The position numbers and the translations under genes were made by a program. The notes beneath the pieces are model-generated. The model saw only the letters and a program-made list of their open reading frames with translations. It was not told where the DNA came from and ran no database searches. Source: Calditrichia bacterium (GTDB lineage Bacteria > Calditrichota > Calditrichia > RBG-13-44-9 > J075). Taken from it: a DNA stretch of 64,000 nucleotides. The first letter of the stretch is position 1; every line of letters starts with the position of its first letter. Where the stretch lies: assembly GCA_050633245.1 (NCBI GenBank), contig JBOEGD010000001.1:160001-224000 (forward strand). Reading direction: 5' to 3'. Of the stretch, positions 1 to 9,478 are shown one piece after another.

Positions 1-354
1 TTGAGAGCCGATGTCTACATCCAAAACGATTGGCCCTATTAACTTCTTATATGTGCTTAAGCGTTGCATGGCGATGTTTAAGTTTGGACTACAGAGCGCT
101 GCAAATATGGGTGGACTAAATTCCTCTGTTGAAATCATTTGCCCAACACGCAGAGAGAAGAGCGGATCGTTCACACTCTCCTCCAGTGCTTTCCATAATC
201 TGAAATAGTCTTGCGATGTCAGTCTGATGTTCTTTTGGGTAAAGAGATTCTGCGGAAGTGAAGCCCTTCGTAAAAGAGTACCGACATTTATTCCCAAGTC
301 CTTTAAAATGAGTCTCCAGGACTGTTCGACACTAAATTTAACTTCCTGATTCAT
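1..354 (-). CDS. AraC-family transcriptional regulator, N-terminal part (runs off the window edge)
   Basis: Not in the ORF track. Hand translation from ATG at 354 gives MNQEVKFSVEQSWRLILKDLGINVGTLLRRASLP...YFRLWKALEE...FSPPIFAALCSPNLNIAMQRLSTYKKLIGP, open to position 1. This resembles the AraC ligand-binding (Arabinose_bd_2-type) N-terminus, and it follows an SDR gene on the same strand. Confidence 0.8.
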   Translation of the reverse strand, partial: MNQEVKFSVEQSWRLILKDLGINVGTLLRRASLPQNLFTQKNIRLTSQDYFRLWKALEESVNDPLFSLRVGQMISTEEFSPPIFAALCSPNLNIAMQRLSTYKKLIGPIVLDVDIGSQ

Positions 355-439
355 TCGATAACCGTTTTGTTCGTTAATAGATAACAGAAGTTCTTATTTG
401 AGTTATGGACAGGTTCTGTTTTCAAGCTCAGACTTTATC

Positions 440-1273
440 CTAGAGCTGGCTCATTACCGTTTTGTCAAAAATGCGATCGCCCATCCATTTTCGTATAAAT
501 AATAGTGGCTTCGCAAACCTGCCGGCCGCATAGCGGGTTTTCGGTGAGTCAGACTTTACAGCTTTTGATATGACGTCTGATATGACCGATGCCGGCGAGC
601 CGCCCCCTTTTTTATATGACTCCTCGGTTGCTTTTGCAAGTTTCCGAGTTAATTCTGCGTACGCTGTTTTGCCGGATCGTTCCATCATGGGGCCGATCAT
701 AACGTCACCAAACTCGGTTTGAATGAGACCTGGTTCAACAATAACCACCTGAATGCCAAACGGTTTCAGCTCGAGTCGTAAGCAGTCCGACCAGCCTTCA
801 AGTGCATGTTTGGTTGCATGATACCATGCGCCAAGCGGAGTGTAGATCTTTCCTCCAATTGAGCTGATATTGATTATCTTGCCTGCTCGTTTTTCACGCA
901 TATAAGGCAGAACATGTTGGGTAAGCCGTGCCAGGCCAAACAGATTAACCTCAAATTGATAGCGTGCATCATCGATTGGCGTATCTTCAACCGAGCCATA
1001 GCTGCCGAATCCCGCATTATTTACCAGAACATCGACCCCGCCACATTCACTACGAATAGTCATTACGGTATTGACGACATCTTCTTCTTTTGTAATATCC
1101 ATTTTTAATGCTTTTGCTCCAAGCTCTACCAGGGCGCTCATTTTATCAACACGTCTGGCGGCAACATAGACAGTCAGACCGTCTTTTATCAGCTGTCGGG
1201 CAATTGCCTCTCCAATTCCGGATGATGCTCCTGTAACCAGAGCAACTTTGGGGTTCGTATTCCTCGTCGACAT
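440..1273 (-). CDS. Short-chain dehydrogenase/reductase (classical SDR)
   Basis: TGASSGIG, NNAG and YHATK (YxxxK) motifs; AAGGAG RBS upstream. Confidence 0.95.
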   Translation of the reverse strand: MSTRNTNPKVALVTGASSGIGEAIARQLIKDGLTVYVAARRVDKMSALVELGAKALKMDITKEEDVVNTVMTIRSECGGVDVLVNNAGFGSYGSVEDTPIDDARYQFEVNLFGLARLTQHVLPYMREKRAGKIINISSIGGKIYTPLGAWYHATKHALEGWSDCLRLELKPFGIQVVIVEPGLIQTEFGDVMIGPMMERSGKTAYAELTRKLAKATEESYKKGGGSPASVISDVISKAVKSDSPKTRYAAGRFAKPLLFIRKWMGDRIFDKTVMSQL

Positions 1274-1345
1274 GATATTCTCCTTAAGTGTTGTCTTTAA
1301 TCGGTATTAATATAAGCCTTCTTTATGTCGATTCTTATGCAGATC

Positions 1346-1372
1346 GTGCCAGAATGTAAGCGAGGTGTGCCA
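1346..1372 (-). promoter_or_regulatory. Putative AraC-type tandem operator half-sites
   Basis: TGGCAC (minus strand) occurs twice exactly 21 bp apart (1346-1351, 1367-1372), upstream of the SDR-AraC pair. Confidence 0.35.
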
Positions 1373-1604
1373 TTCTGAATGCAAAAGATGAAGATTAGAG
1401 TATAAAAATATTAATTCCATAGATTGTAAATTCTTGACCCGCTGCACCATCCTACCGTAAAAACGATCCTATTTTTAGCACTCCCTTAAAATCTATCATT
1501 GAAATAGTGTCATTGGAAAAGCTCATCGGTCTGTGCGGCTCATTTATGTTTGAGCTGAAGGGGACTTATTGACCGAACTGCAAACTCCAATCTGAGGAAC
1601 TGCT

Positions 1605-4600
1605 ATGTCTATAGGAACTGGTAAAAACAAAAAAACGCTACTTTTTAACGCACTTGGTCGTCTACGCATTACGGTATTGCTATTTGTGAGCGTTTTCTTA
1701 TTTACAATGAACTGCGGAGTTGTTGATCCCCAGCCGATGGGTAATATTGTCGGAACAATCACCGACTCAGACGGAAATCTTCTGGCAGGCGTAGCAGTTA
1801 CGACCGACCCGGAAACCGAAAGTGCCACCAGCGGGCCGGATGGGAAATATAAAATTGAAGGTGTTGAGCCGGCGAGCTACACCGTTATAGCCAATAAAGA
1901 GGGTTATCTATCAAAGACTGGCCGAGCAGCGGTAAAAGTTGATGAGGATATTGAGCTGAACCTCTCTCTGGAACTCTCCATGCCGTCACTTAATGTAAGT
2001 TCCGTATTTGTCAATTTTGAATCAACGGAAACAACGCGCACCTTTCAGATCGAGAATGATGGAACCGGCTCGCTGAATTGGAATATTGTTGAGAACGAAG
2101 ACTGGATCGAAAGCGTGACGCCGGATAGTGGAACCGCCATTGATGGTGAGCAGTCCACAACAGTGACGATGACAGCAAGTCGCACCAATCTGCCAAATGG
2201 ATTGACGAACGGGTTCCTCACAATTTTTTCGGATAGCGATACCTTTACGGTAACCACTGCCATTATTAAAGGCGCAGCTGTTCAGCCTTCTACGCAACGT
2301 CTCAGTTTTAGCGGCCTTGTCGATCAGCAGACGTTAACACTGAAGAATTTGGTACCTGGAACGCTTACTTACGGCATAACATCCGATAAGAACTGGCTGA
2401 CAACGACGCCGATAAGCGGTAGTTTTGATAGCGGTGAGGAGACGATCACTGTAGCTGTTGATCGAAATAATGAGCCTTTCGGTACCCAATACGGCCATTT
2501 ATTCATTGAATCGAACGGTGGCAAAGATACGCTTCTAGTTGCAATGACCGTGACAAATCCTAATGCACCACAGATATTTGTACCGGTAAACAGTCTGGAT
2601 TTCGGCAGTTCGATTATCAACTATCAGCTGCCCCTGAGCAATAGCGGTGTCGGAACCTTAACCTGGGAGATTTCCGACAATGTGAGTTGGCTGGAGGCCG
2701 GTTTGGAAAGCGGTATAATTGCTTCCGAAGCTACCATCTCTGTTCCATTAACGGTCGATCGCAGTGGACTAAGCACGGCTGGTAATCCTTATCAGGGCGA
2801 GTTAACTCTTACCTCAAACGATCCGAATACATCCAGCCTTGTATTTCCATTGACTATGCTCGTCGAAGATCGTCCTGTGTTGAGTATCTCCGATCCTTAT
2901 ATTGATCTCGGCCTGGAAGGTATTGACAAAGACATCTTTATTGGAAACTCTGGTAGTGGAGATTTAAGCTGGTCGGCAGTTGCTGTAGAAAACTGGATAT
3001 CGATTTCTCCTACATCGGGTGGAAATAACTCCGCTGTTCAGGTCGCAGTTAACCGTAACAATTCAGGCTTCGGACACGTTAGTGGAGCCATAAACGTGCA
3101 GTCTAATGGCGGCGTGCAGCAGATTGTTGTTGCACTGGAAAATCGCGGAAATAATACTGCTCCGCTGGCGGATTTCAACATAAATCCCGAGAGTGGGCGT
3201 TTGGAGACGATCTTCTCCTTCGACGCATCGATTACCACAGATGACTACGACTCTTTGGATGCACTGGAATTTCGCTGGCGCTGGTACGCTGGTGGTGTGT
3301 TTACCGATTGGGCTACGTCACCCTTTGCCACCCATCAATACATCACCTCCGGGACTAAGCAGGTGACACTCGAAGCGCGTGATACCAATGGAGCCACCCG
3401 TGCAAAGAACCGTAACTTGCAGGTGATCGCCAATGCTGCTCCAACTGCAAACTTTACCAATACGCCGACATCGGGAACCACCTCGGATGTATTTACTTTT
3501 AATGCAGCCAATTCCTTTGATGATGTGGATTCATTAAGTGCTCTCAGATTTCGCTGGCGCTTTGGCTCAGCAGCAGACTTTACAGAATGGAGCAGTGATA
3601 CACTCATTGATCATCAGTTTACAACCAATGCTAATCATCAGGTAACGCTGGAAGTGATCGATAGTGATGATGCAATTGGTACTCGTACGAAACCAGTTTC
3701 GGTATCGCAAAACCCGGCTCCGACTGCCAGTTTTACCGTTGCACCGCCAAGTGGCACCACGGTAACCGTATTCGAATTTGATGCCGGTGCAAGCATGGAC
3801 GATCGCAATCCGATTGACTCTTTGCTGTTTCGCTGGCGTTGGGAAACAAGTGAGCCCTGGACAGACTGGAGTAGCGATACACTTGCCAGTCATCGATATA
3901 CTTCCAATGGTAGCAAGCAGGTAATGTTGGAAGTGATGGATACGGATAGTGCTGTTGGGACTCGAAATCGCACGATTTCTGTGGCTTCCAATCCTGCACC
4001 AACTGCAAACTTTAGTTTTACACCTAATACCGGCACAACCGTTACAGTGTTTGAATTCGATGCCGGTGCAAGTATGGACGACACCGACCCGATTGAAGTG
4101 CTTGATTTCCGCTGGCGCTGGGAAGCAGGGGCAGATTGGACAGAGTGGAGCAATGATACGTTGGCAAGTCATCAGTATTCATCAAATGGCAATAAAACAA
4201 TTACACTGCAAGTTCGCGACACCAATGCTGCTGTTGGGGAGAGAAATCGCAATTTAACGGTTTCCCAAAATCCGGCTCCTGATGCAGTGTTTACGTTTGA
4301 CCCGCCAACGGGCACTCCGGCCATGCAGTTTACGTTTAACTCCGGTGGATCGAGTGATGATACCGACCCCATTGAGTCACTGCAGTTTCGTTGGGAATTT
4401 GGAGCTGGCAACGGATTTACTACATGGAGTAACGATACGCTTATTACTCACCAATTTACCTCAATTGGCGATCAACAGGTAACGCTGGAAGTGCGCGACC
4501 TGGCAGGTGCGGCAAGCGATGATGAGCAGATAGTTCCGGTAGTTGCCAATCAGGAACCGACGGCAGCATTCGATTTCGATCCGCAGGACGGTACGGTTGA

Positions 4601-6779
4601 AACGATATATAACTTCGATGCTTCGGCATCGGTAGATGACTTTACACCTCCGGCTGATCTGGAATTTCGCTGGCGCTGGACAGCTAACTCGACATTTACA
4701 GCGTGGTCTGGTAGTCCGCTGGCCGATCATCAATTTACAACTACCGGTAGCAAGGAAGTTACGCTGGAAGTGAGAGATGGTGAGGATAGCGTTGGCTCTA
4801 TTGCCCAAACGTTGGAGGTTTTAGAAAACCAGCCTCCCAATGCAATATTTGTTGTTACACCGGAAAATGGGACGATTGCCACGCTGTTTCAATTTGATGC
4901 GTCCGGATCTATGGACGACGTAACACCTTTGGTCGACCTGGAATTCCGCTGGCGCTGGGAAAATGGCGGTGCTTATACCGACTGGTCGAATATCCCTACG
5001 GCTGAGCATCAGTATGCGACAGACGGGCAAAAGACCGTGAAGTTAGAAGTTCGCGATACGGGTGCTCTGATCGGAGGCTTTTCAGATTTGGTCTTGGTTG
5101 GTGCCGCTCCGGTTACTGAGAATGAACCAAATGATACGCGTGGACAAGCAGACGCAATCGGCGAGACCACAACCGTTTTTGGTGAGATTGGCGTTGCGGG
5201 GGATGAGGATGATTGGTTCGCTATCACGGTCCCGGCCAATGGTAAACTATGGTATAGACTCGAGAACCTTGAGGTTAGCGGAGCGTCTAGTAGTCGAATT
5301 GCCGAGAGCCCGCTTTTCGCGATAAATGAACTCCTGGATGCCGTGCAGCTTACCAGCGCCTATGTCTCTCATGGCGGTAGCCGCTATATCGGACCCGGTG
5401 AAGCAGCGACCAGTGTAAAAACGATTGTCGCTGCAAACCGAACCTATTATGTGCAAATTCCGCAGTATACTGGTCATTCTGCGCAGTATGAGCTGAGAAT
5501 GTTCTTCTCAGAACTTTCCCAGAGCGATTTGGGTGAGGACAACGATGCTCAGTCTTCGGCCTTTGTAGTTGCAGCAAACCAATTCCATCAGGCACATAAC
5601 GGTTTTTGGAAGAATGGTGCTACCAAAGAAGATCAACAGGATTGGTATGAACTGCAGTTTACAGAAAGCGGTGTGCTGCAATATACCGTAGAGAATCTGC
5701 ATAATGAGGCCGCTGCAAACGGATATGTAGATGAAACTATATTCCACAGCGCAACAACATTCGACTTTATTGAACTCACCCGTGCAGGTATCAATCATGG
5801 CGGCGGTAGTCGTTATATTGCGCCGACCGAAGTAGCACTTAGTGGAAAGGTTGGTATTGATAAAGGACGTGAGTTCTATCTGCAAATACCTCAATTTATT
5901 AATCACGCTGCGCCTTACGAATTTCAAGTCAACTTCGTTCCGTCGATGTTTACAGATTTTGGGGAAGATAATGATCAATCCAATAGTGCTGCACCCATTG
6001 ACGAGATAAGCGAAAACACCGCTGAAATCGGCTATATCAAGAGTGCCGGGCAGTATGATGAAAAAGACTGGTATTCGCCACAGGTTCAAAGGAATGGGTT
6101 GCTGCAGATTACAATTGAAAATCTGTATTCGACGGACATTCTGAATGGTCGTATCGCACCTTCGAAGGTCTATTTAAAAAATATTTTGGATTTTCTTGAA
6201 ATACAAACTCTGCAGGTTAATCATGGTGGAAACAATAACTATATCGGAGCAGGGGAGAGCGTTGTTAGTAGTCGCATTGCTGTCTCGACTGACGAGGATT
6301 ACTTTCTGGAGATCCCGCAGTATCTGACAGATCGCCATCAGGCGCCATATAAGGTAACAACAACGATAATTCCTACGGCACTTACGGCATTACAGGATAC
6401 CAATGACACTAGAACAGATGCGGATACGATTGCTGTGAACGACATTGTTACCGCCTCAATTGGTTATGAGGATGACGAATACGACTGGTATACGTTCTCG
6501 GCGCCTGCCAGCGGGTCTTTTCAGTTCTCCGTAGCGAATAATCATGTGACTGGCGTTATCGGGGGACGTATTGCCACTTGTTTGCTATTTGATAATCTTT
6601 TAGCAGTTATCGGAACTGCCACGGTTAACCATGGCGGCAATAACAATTATATTGATGCGGCAGAAACGGCAACCAGCGTGGTGATTCCGGTTGTGGGTGG
6701 TACGAGATATTACATACAAATTATCCGCGAGGAACAGGATGTTGCACCATATACAATGCAGACCAGTTTTAGCCAGTAA
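1605..6779 (+). CDS. Giant surface (lipo)protein: carboxypeptidase-regulatory-like domain, 4 BACON-like repeats, 7 PKD repeats, 4 PPC-like C-terminal repeats
   Basis: Hydrophobic stretch ending FTMNC (possible lipobox). GTITDSDG...GKYKIEGV..YTVIANKEGY. Four repeats with L(N/T/S)(W/Y)...W(L/I). Seven 93-aa repeats with FDA..S.DD...L.FRW. Four ~140-aa repeats with (E/D)xND...D.DW(Y/F). Confidence 0.85.
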   Translation: MSIGTGKNKKTLLFNALGRLRITVLLFVSVFLFTMNCGVVDPQPMGNIVGTITDSDGNLLAGVAVTTDPETESATSGPDGKYKIEGVEPASYTVIANKEGYLSKTGRAAVKVDEDIELNLSLELSMPSLNVSSVFVNFESTETTRTFQIENDGTGSLNWNIVENEDWIESVTPDSGTAIDGEQSTTVTMTASRTNLPNGLTNGFLTIFSDSDTFTVTTAIIKGAAVQPSTQRLSFSGLVDQQTLTLKNLVPGTLTYGITSDKNWLTTTPISGSFDSGEETITVAVDRNNEPFGTQYGHLFIESNGGKDTLLVAMTVTNPNAPQIFVPVNSLDFGSSIINYQLPLSNSGVGTLTWEISDNVSWLEAGLESGIIASEATISVPLTVDRSGLSTAGNPYQGELTLTSNDPNTSSLVFPLTMLVEDRPVLSISDPYIDLGLEGIDKDIFIGNSGSGDLSWSAVAVENWISISPTSGGNNSAVQVAVNRNNSGFGHVSGAINVQSNGGVQQIVVALENRGNNTAPLADFNINPESGRLETIFSFDASITTDDYDSLDALEFRWRWYAGGVFTDWATSPFATHQYITSGTKQVTLEARDTNGATRAKNRNLQVIANAAPTANFTNTPTSGTTSDVFTFNAANSFDDVDSLSALRFRWRFGSAADFTEWSSDTLIDHQFTTNANHQVTLEVIDSDDAIGTRTKPVSVSQNPAPTASFTVAPPSGTTVTVFEFDAGASMDDRNPIDSLLFRWRWETSEPWTDWSSDTLASHRYTSNGSKQVMLEVMDTDSAVGTRNRTISVASNPAPTANFSFTPNTGTTVTVFEFDAGASMDDTDPIEVLDFRWRWEAGADWTEWSNDTLASHQYSSNGNKTITLQVRDTNAAVGERNRNLTVSQNPAPDAVFTFDPPTGTPAMQFTFNSGGSSDDTDPIESLQFRWEFGAGNGFTTWSNDTLITHQFTSIGDQQVTLEVRDLAGAASDDEQIVPVVANQEPTAAFDFDPQDGTVETIYNFDASASVDDFTPPADLEFRWRWTANSTFTAWSGSPLADHQFTTTGSKEVTLEVRDGEDSVGSIAQTLEVLENQPPNAIFVVTPENGTIATLFQFDASGSMDDVTPLVDLEFRWRWENGGAYTDWSNIPTAEHQYATDGQKTVKLEVRDTGALIGGFSDLVLVGAAPVTENEPNDTRGQADAIGETTTVFGEIGVAGDEDDWFAITVPANGKLWYRLENLEVSGASSSRIAESPLFAINELLDAVQLTSAYVSHGGSRYIGPGEAATSVKTIVAANRTYYVQIPQYTGHSAQYELRMFFSELSQSDLGEDNDAQSSAFVVAANQFHQAHNGFWKNGATKEDQQDWYELQFTESGVLQYTVENLHNEAAANGYVDETIFHSATTFDFIELTRAGINHGGGSRYIAPTEVALSGKVGIDKGREFYLQIPQFINHAAPYEFQVNFVPSMFTDFGEDNDQSNSAAPIDEISENTAEIGYIKSAGQYDEKDWYSPQVQRNGLLQITIENLYSTDILNGRIAPSKVYLKNILDFLEIQTLQVNHGGNNNYIGAGESVVSSRIAVSTDEDYFLEIPQYLTDRHQAPYKVTTTIIPTALTALQDTNDTRTDADTIAVNDIVTASIGYEDDEYDWYTFSAPASGSFQFSVANNHVTGVIGGRIATCLLFDNLLAVIGTATVNHGGNNNYIDAAETATSVVIPVVGGTRYYIQIIREEQDVAPYTMQTSFSQ
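3154..5100 (+). repeat. Seven tandem 279-bp (93-aa) intragenic PKD repeats
   Basis: The FRW-coding motif recurs near 3270, 3549, 3828, 4107, 4386, 4665 and 4944. Confidence 0.9.
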
Positions 6780-6798
6780 CAGGCAATAAGAGCTATCG

Positions 6799-6838
6799 AA
6801 AAAAAGGACCATTCGGATTTTAGGGATGGCCCTTTTTT
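6799..6838 (+). terminator. Probable intrinsic terminator
   Basis: AAAAAAGGACCAT...ATGGCCCTTTTTT imperfect hairpin with a T-run, about 20 nt after the stop codon. Confidence 0.65.
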
Positions 6839-6901
6839 GTTTTTCCTCTATTTGGTTGAGCATGAATTGCATGTCAAATCCTTTTGCACTATTTTCCTCT
6901 C

Positions 6902-7594
6902 ATGAAACTCAGTATTGTCATTCCGGTTTATAATGAGCGTGAAACCCTGGAAGAGCTCGTGCAGCGCGTCTGCGAAGTGCAACTGCCCGGTGTTGAAAAA
7001 GAATTGATTCTGGTAGATGATGGTTCTACCGACGGCACGCGTGAGCTGATTACCGATAAGTTGAGTTCACAAGTGCAGCAGGTTATTTTTCAACCACAGA
7101 ATCAAGGTAAGGGCGCAGCGTTACGCGTTGGCTTTGCTGCAGCTACCGGCGATGTCTTGGTTGTGCAGGATGCTGATTTAGAATACGACCCGCGAGAGTA
7201 TATCAAGCTGCTGCAGCCGATTCTCGATGGCAGGGCAGATGTGGTTTATGGCTCTCGTTTTAGCGGAGAAGGCCCGCATCGCGTCTTGTTTTTCTGGCAT
7301 TATGTCGGTAATAAATTCCTGACGCTACTGTCCAATATGTTTACCAATCTCAACCTCACCGATATGGAAACCTGTTATAAAATGTTTCGCCGTGACGTTT
7401 TGGAAGGTATTGTTCTTCAGCAGAATCGCTTTGGTTTCGAACCTGAAATTACCGCCAAGTTTGCCAGAGGAAACTGGCGGATCTACGAAGTAGGCATATC
7501 CTATTATGGCAGAACCTATGAAGAGGGTAAAAAGATTGGGTGGAAAGACGGTTTGAAAGCGCTGTGGTGCATTGTCCGTTATGGTTTTTGGTAA
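6902..7594 (+). CDS. GT2 glycosyltransferase (polyprenol-phosphate glycosyltransferase, DPM1-like)
   Basis: [53 protein letters not shown] at 6902 preferred over TTG at 6884. Confidence 0.93.
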   Translation: MKLSIVIPVYNERETLEELVQRVCEVQLPGVEKELILVDDGSTDGTRELITDKLSSQVQQVIFQPQNQGKGAALRVGFAAATGDVLVVQDADLEYDPREYIKLLQPILDGRADVVYGSRFSGEGPHRVLFFWHYVGNKFLTLLSNMFTNLNLTDMETCYKMFRRDVLEGIVLQQNRFGFEPEITAKFARGNWRIYEVGISYYGRTYEEGKKIGWKDGLKALWCIVRYGFW

Positions 7595-7692
7595 CGTAAT
7601 TGGAGCGGTTTTGGGTTAACACTGGGGTAGTTTTTAATACTGCTCCAGTTTTATTTTTAATTGTTTTCAAAATTTGGCGGTTTTTTTCTAAA

Positions 7693-7826
7693 AAGACTGC
7701 TCCATTCTAATAATGCTCCAGTCTGACGCTTCAATAATAAAATTCAAAATTTAACGTCTTTTCTATAATATAGTACAGACGTTCGGATATCCCAAGACTG
7801 CTCCATTCTAACAATGCTCCAGTCTG
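7693..7826. repeat. Two 33-bp direct repeats with a 101-bp period
   Basis: AAGACTGCTCCATTCTAA(T/C)AATGCTCCAGTCTG at 7693-7725 and 7794-7826, one mismatch. Confidence 0.9.
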
Positions 7827-7834
7827 GTGCCAAA

Positions 7835-7865
7835 AACCGGAACAGTTTTGAAAACCGTTCAGGTT
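7835..7865. repeat. Imperfect palindrome (REP-like)
   Basis: AACCGGAACAGTTTTGAAAACCGTTCAGGTT; a related shorter dyad CAGGTTTTTAGACCTG lies near 7896-7911. Confidence 0.5.
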
Positions 7866-8019
7866 CGTCGGATTTGCTAAGGTTATTATTTTTCACAGGT
7901 TTTTAGACCTGCTCTTCGCCTTATTAATCTAATAGCGTCGATAATCAAATTAATAAGTCTGTCCGTTTAAAAGACGCCAGTGGGTATAAAAAAGCGCGTG
8001 TTCTCGTCTTTTCAATGTT

Positions 8020-8035
8020 TGGTATGGCATTTGAA
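8020..8035 (+). promoter_or_regulatory. Possible sigma54 promoter (variant -12) for the GH5 gene
   Basis: TGGTATG-GCAT-TTGAA (GG-N10-GA), about 50 nt before the ATG at 8085. Confidence 0.35.
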
Positions 8036-8084
8036 TAATAACCCAATACCTAATAACCATAAGAATCTATTTTTTGGAGGCGAA

Positions 8085-9368
8085 ATGAAAGTTTGGCTTA
8101 TCTATATCTTTGTATCGATCGCTCTGCTGATCGGATGCTCGAAAGAGCAATCCACAGAGCCGATAAAAGATCCTCTGCAATTTCGAACTGCACAGCAAGT
8201 GCTGCCCGAGATGATGCGCGGAATAAACATCGGCAATACACTCGAACCGCCGACAGAGGGTGCGTGGAATAACGGGCTTCTTCAGGAATACTATTTCGAC
8301 GATTATAAGAGCGCTGGTTTTACTACGGTTCGCGTTCCCGTACGGTGGGAAAATCATACGCAGGAAGAAGCGCCTTATACTGTTGATGAAGCCTGGATGC
8401 AGCGCGTTGAGCAGGTGGTAGATTGGGGATTGGCGCGCGATCTGTATATTATTATCAATGCGCATCACGATTGGTGGTTGGTAAATAATTATGCCGATGC
8501 GGCCATCCGAGAGCGCTTTAAGAGTATCTGGACTCAAATTGCCGATCGCTTTCAGGATAAATCCCCAAAGCTTTTGTTTGAGATCATCAACGAGCCTAAG
8601 GGGATGACGCAGGAGCAAATCAATGAACTAAACTCCGATATCCTTGGAATTATCCGCGAAAATAATTCACAGCGAATCGTTATTTATAGTGGACATGAAT
8701 GGGCCGCACTTCAGCAATTACTTTCGGCAGCAATTCCCGATGATGACTATGTAATGGGATATTTCCATGCCTATGATCCTTGGGCATTTGCAGGGGAGGG
8801 GAATGGTCTTTGGGGCTCACCAGATGAAGTAAATGCTATTAAGAGTATGTTTGAAACCGCTTCTGCCTGGTCTACCGCAAATAATATTCCCGTGATGATA
8901 AGCGAGTTTGGAGCTGTTCAGGCATGCGATTACAATTCGCGTATGTTGTTTTATTCCGTTTATGTTGAGCAGGCACTAAGAAACAATATTGCCTTTCAAG
9001 CCTGGGATGATGGCGGAAACTTTGGTATTTATAAGCGCGCGGAGCGCGACTGGCCTGAGGTAAAAGATATTTTGGTTAATACCTATACCGATGGCCCAAC
9101 GTCGTTACAGGTAAGTGCACGTGCAAACTCTACTATGCTCTTAACCTGGCAAAACAGAGCAACATCTCAAACAGCCATTCGCGTAGAGCGCAGGAATGAG
9201 ACCAGTGATTTTTCCTCGATTGTAGAACTGCCTTCGGATGCTGTTGAATATTCGGATACCGGACTTGCAAGTGATACGTATTTTTATCGCGTGGTTTACG
9301 AGGCTGGAAACGGCGTAGAGAAATTCTCCTATCCTGTTAAGATAGTTCGTCTGACAGCCACACCATAG
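8085..9368 (+). CDS. Glycoside hydrolase family 5 lipoprotein with a C-terminal Fn3-like domain
   Basis: GGAGG RBS before ATG 8085; lipobox LIGC; GINIGNTLE, RVPVRW, NAHH, FEIINEP (acid/base), FHAYDP, ISEFG (nucleophile), WDDG. Confidence 0.93.
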   Translation: MKVWLIYIFVSIALLIGCSKEQSTEPIKDPLQFRTAQQVLPEMMRGINIGNTLEPPTEGAWNNGLLQEYYFDDYKSAGFTTVRVPVRWENHTQEEAPYTVDEAWMQRVEQVVDWGLARDLYIIINAHHDWWLVNNYADAAIRERFKSIWTQIADRFQDKSPKLLFEIINEPKGMTQEQINELNSDILGIIRENNSQRIVIYSGHEWAALQQLLSAAIPDDDYVMGYFHAYDPWAFAGEGNGLWGSPDEVNAIKSMFETASAWSTANNIPVMISEFGAVQACDYNSRMLFYSVYVEQALRNNIAFQAWDDGGNFGIYKRAERDWPEVKDILVNTYTDGPTSLQVSARANSTMLLTWQNRATSQTAIRVERRNETSDFSSIVELPSDAVEYSDTGLASDTYFYRVVYEAGNGVEKFSYPVKIVRLTATP

Positions 9369-9413
9369 AAGACTATTTTTGTCTGTGGTATCGAAAAGCG
9401 GATGGGTCTAAAT

Positions 9414-9452
9414 ACAAAAGAGCCGCGACATACGCTGTCGCAGCTCTTTTGT
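9414..9452. terminator. Bidirectional intrinsic terminator
   Basis: ACAAAAGAGCCGCGACA-TACGC-TGTCGCAGCTCTTTTGT between convergent genes. Confidence 0.85.
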
Positions 9453-9478
9453 TACTGCTATATTGAAACGTGGATTTC

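Noticed and set aside
11-208. 65-aa plus-strand ORF
   Set aside because: It is antisense to the partial AraC gene.
1337-1372. sigma54 promoter upstream of the SDR gene
   Set aside because: TGGCAC is present but the GG-to-GC spacing is 8, not the required 10.
3154-5100. Diversity-generating or recombinational cassette in the PKD repeats
   Set aside because: The repeats are in-frame, diverged domain duplications, and there is no reverse transcriptase or recombinase nearby.
7693-7826. CRISPR mini-array
   Set aside because: Only two repeats, a 68-bp interval too long for a typical spacer, and no cas genes in the window.
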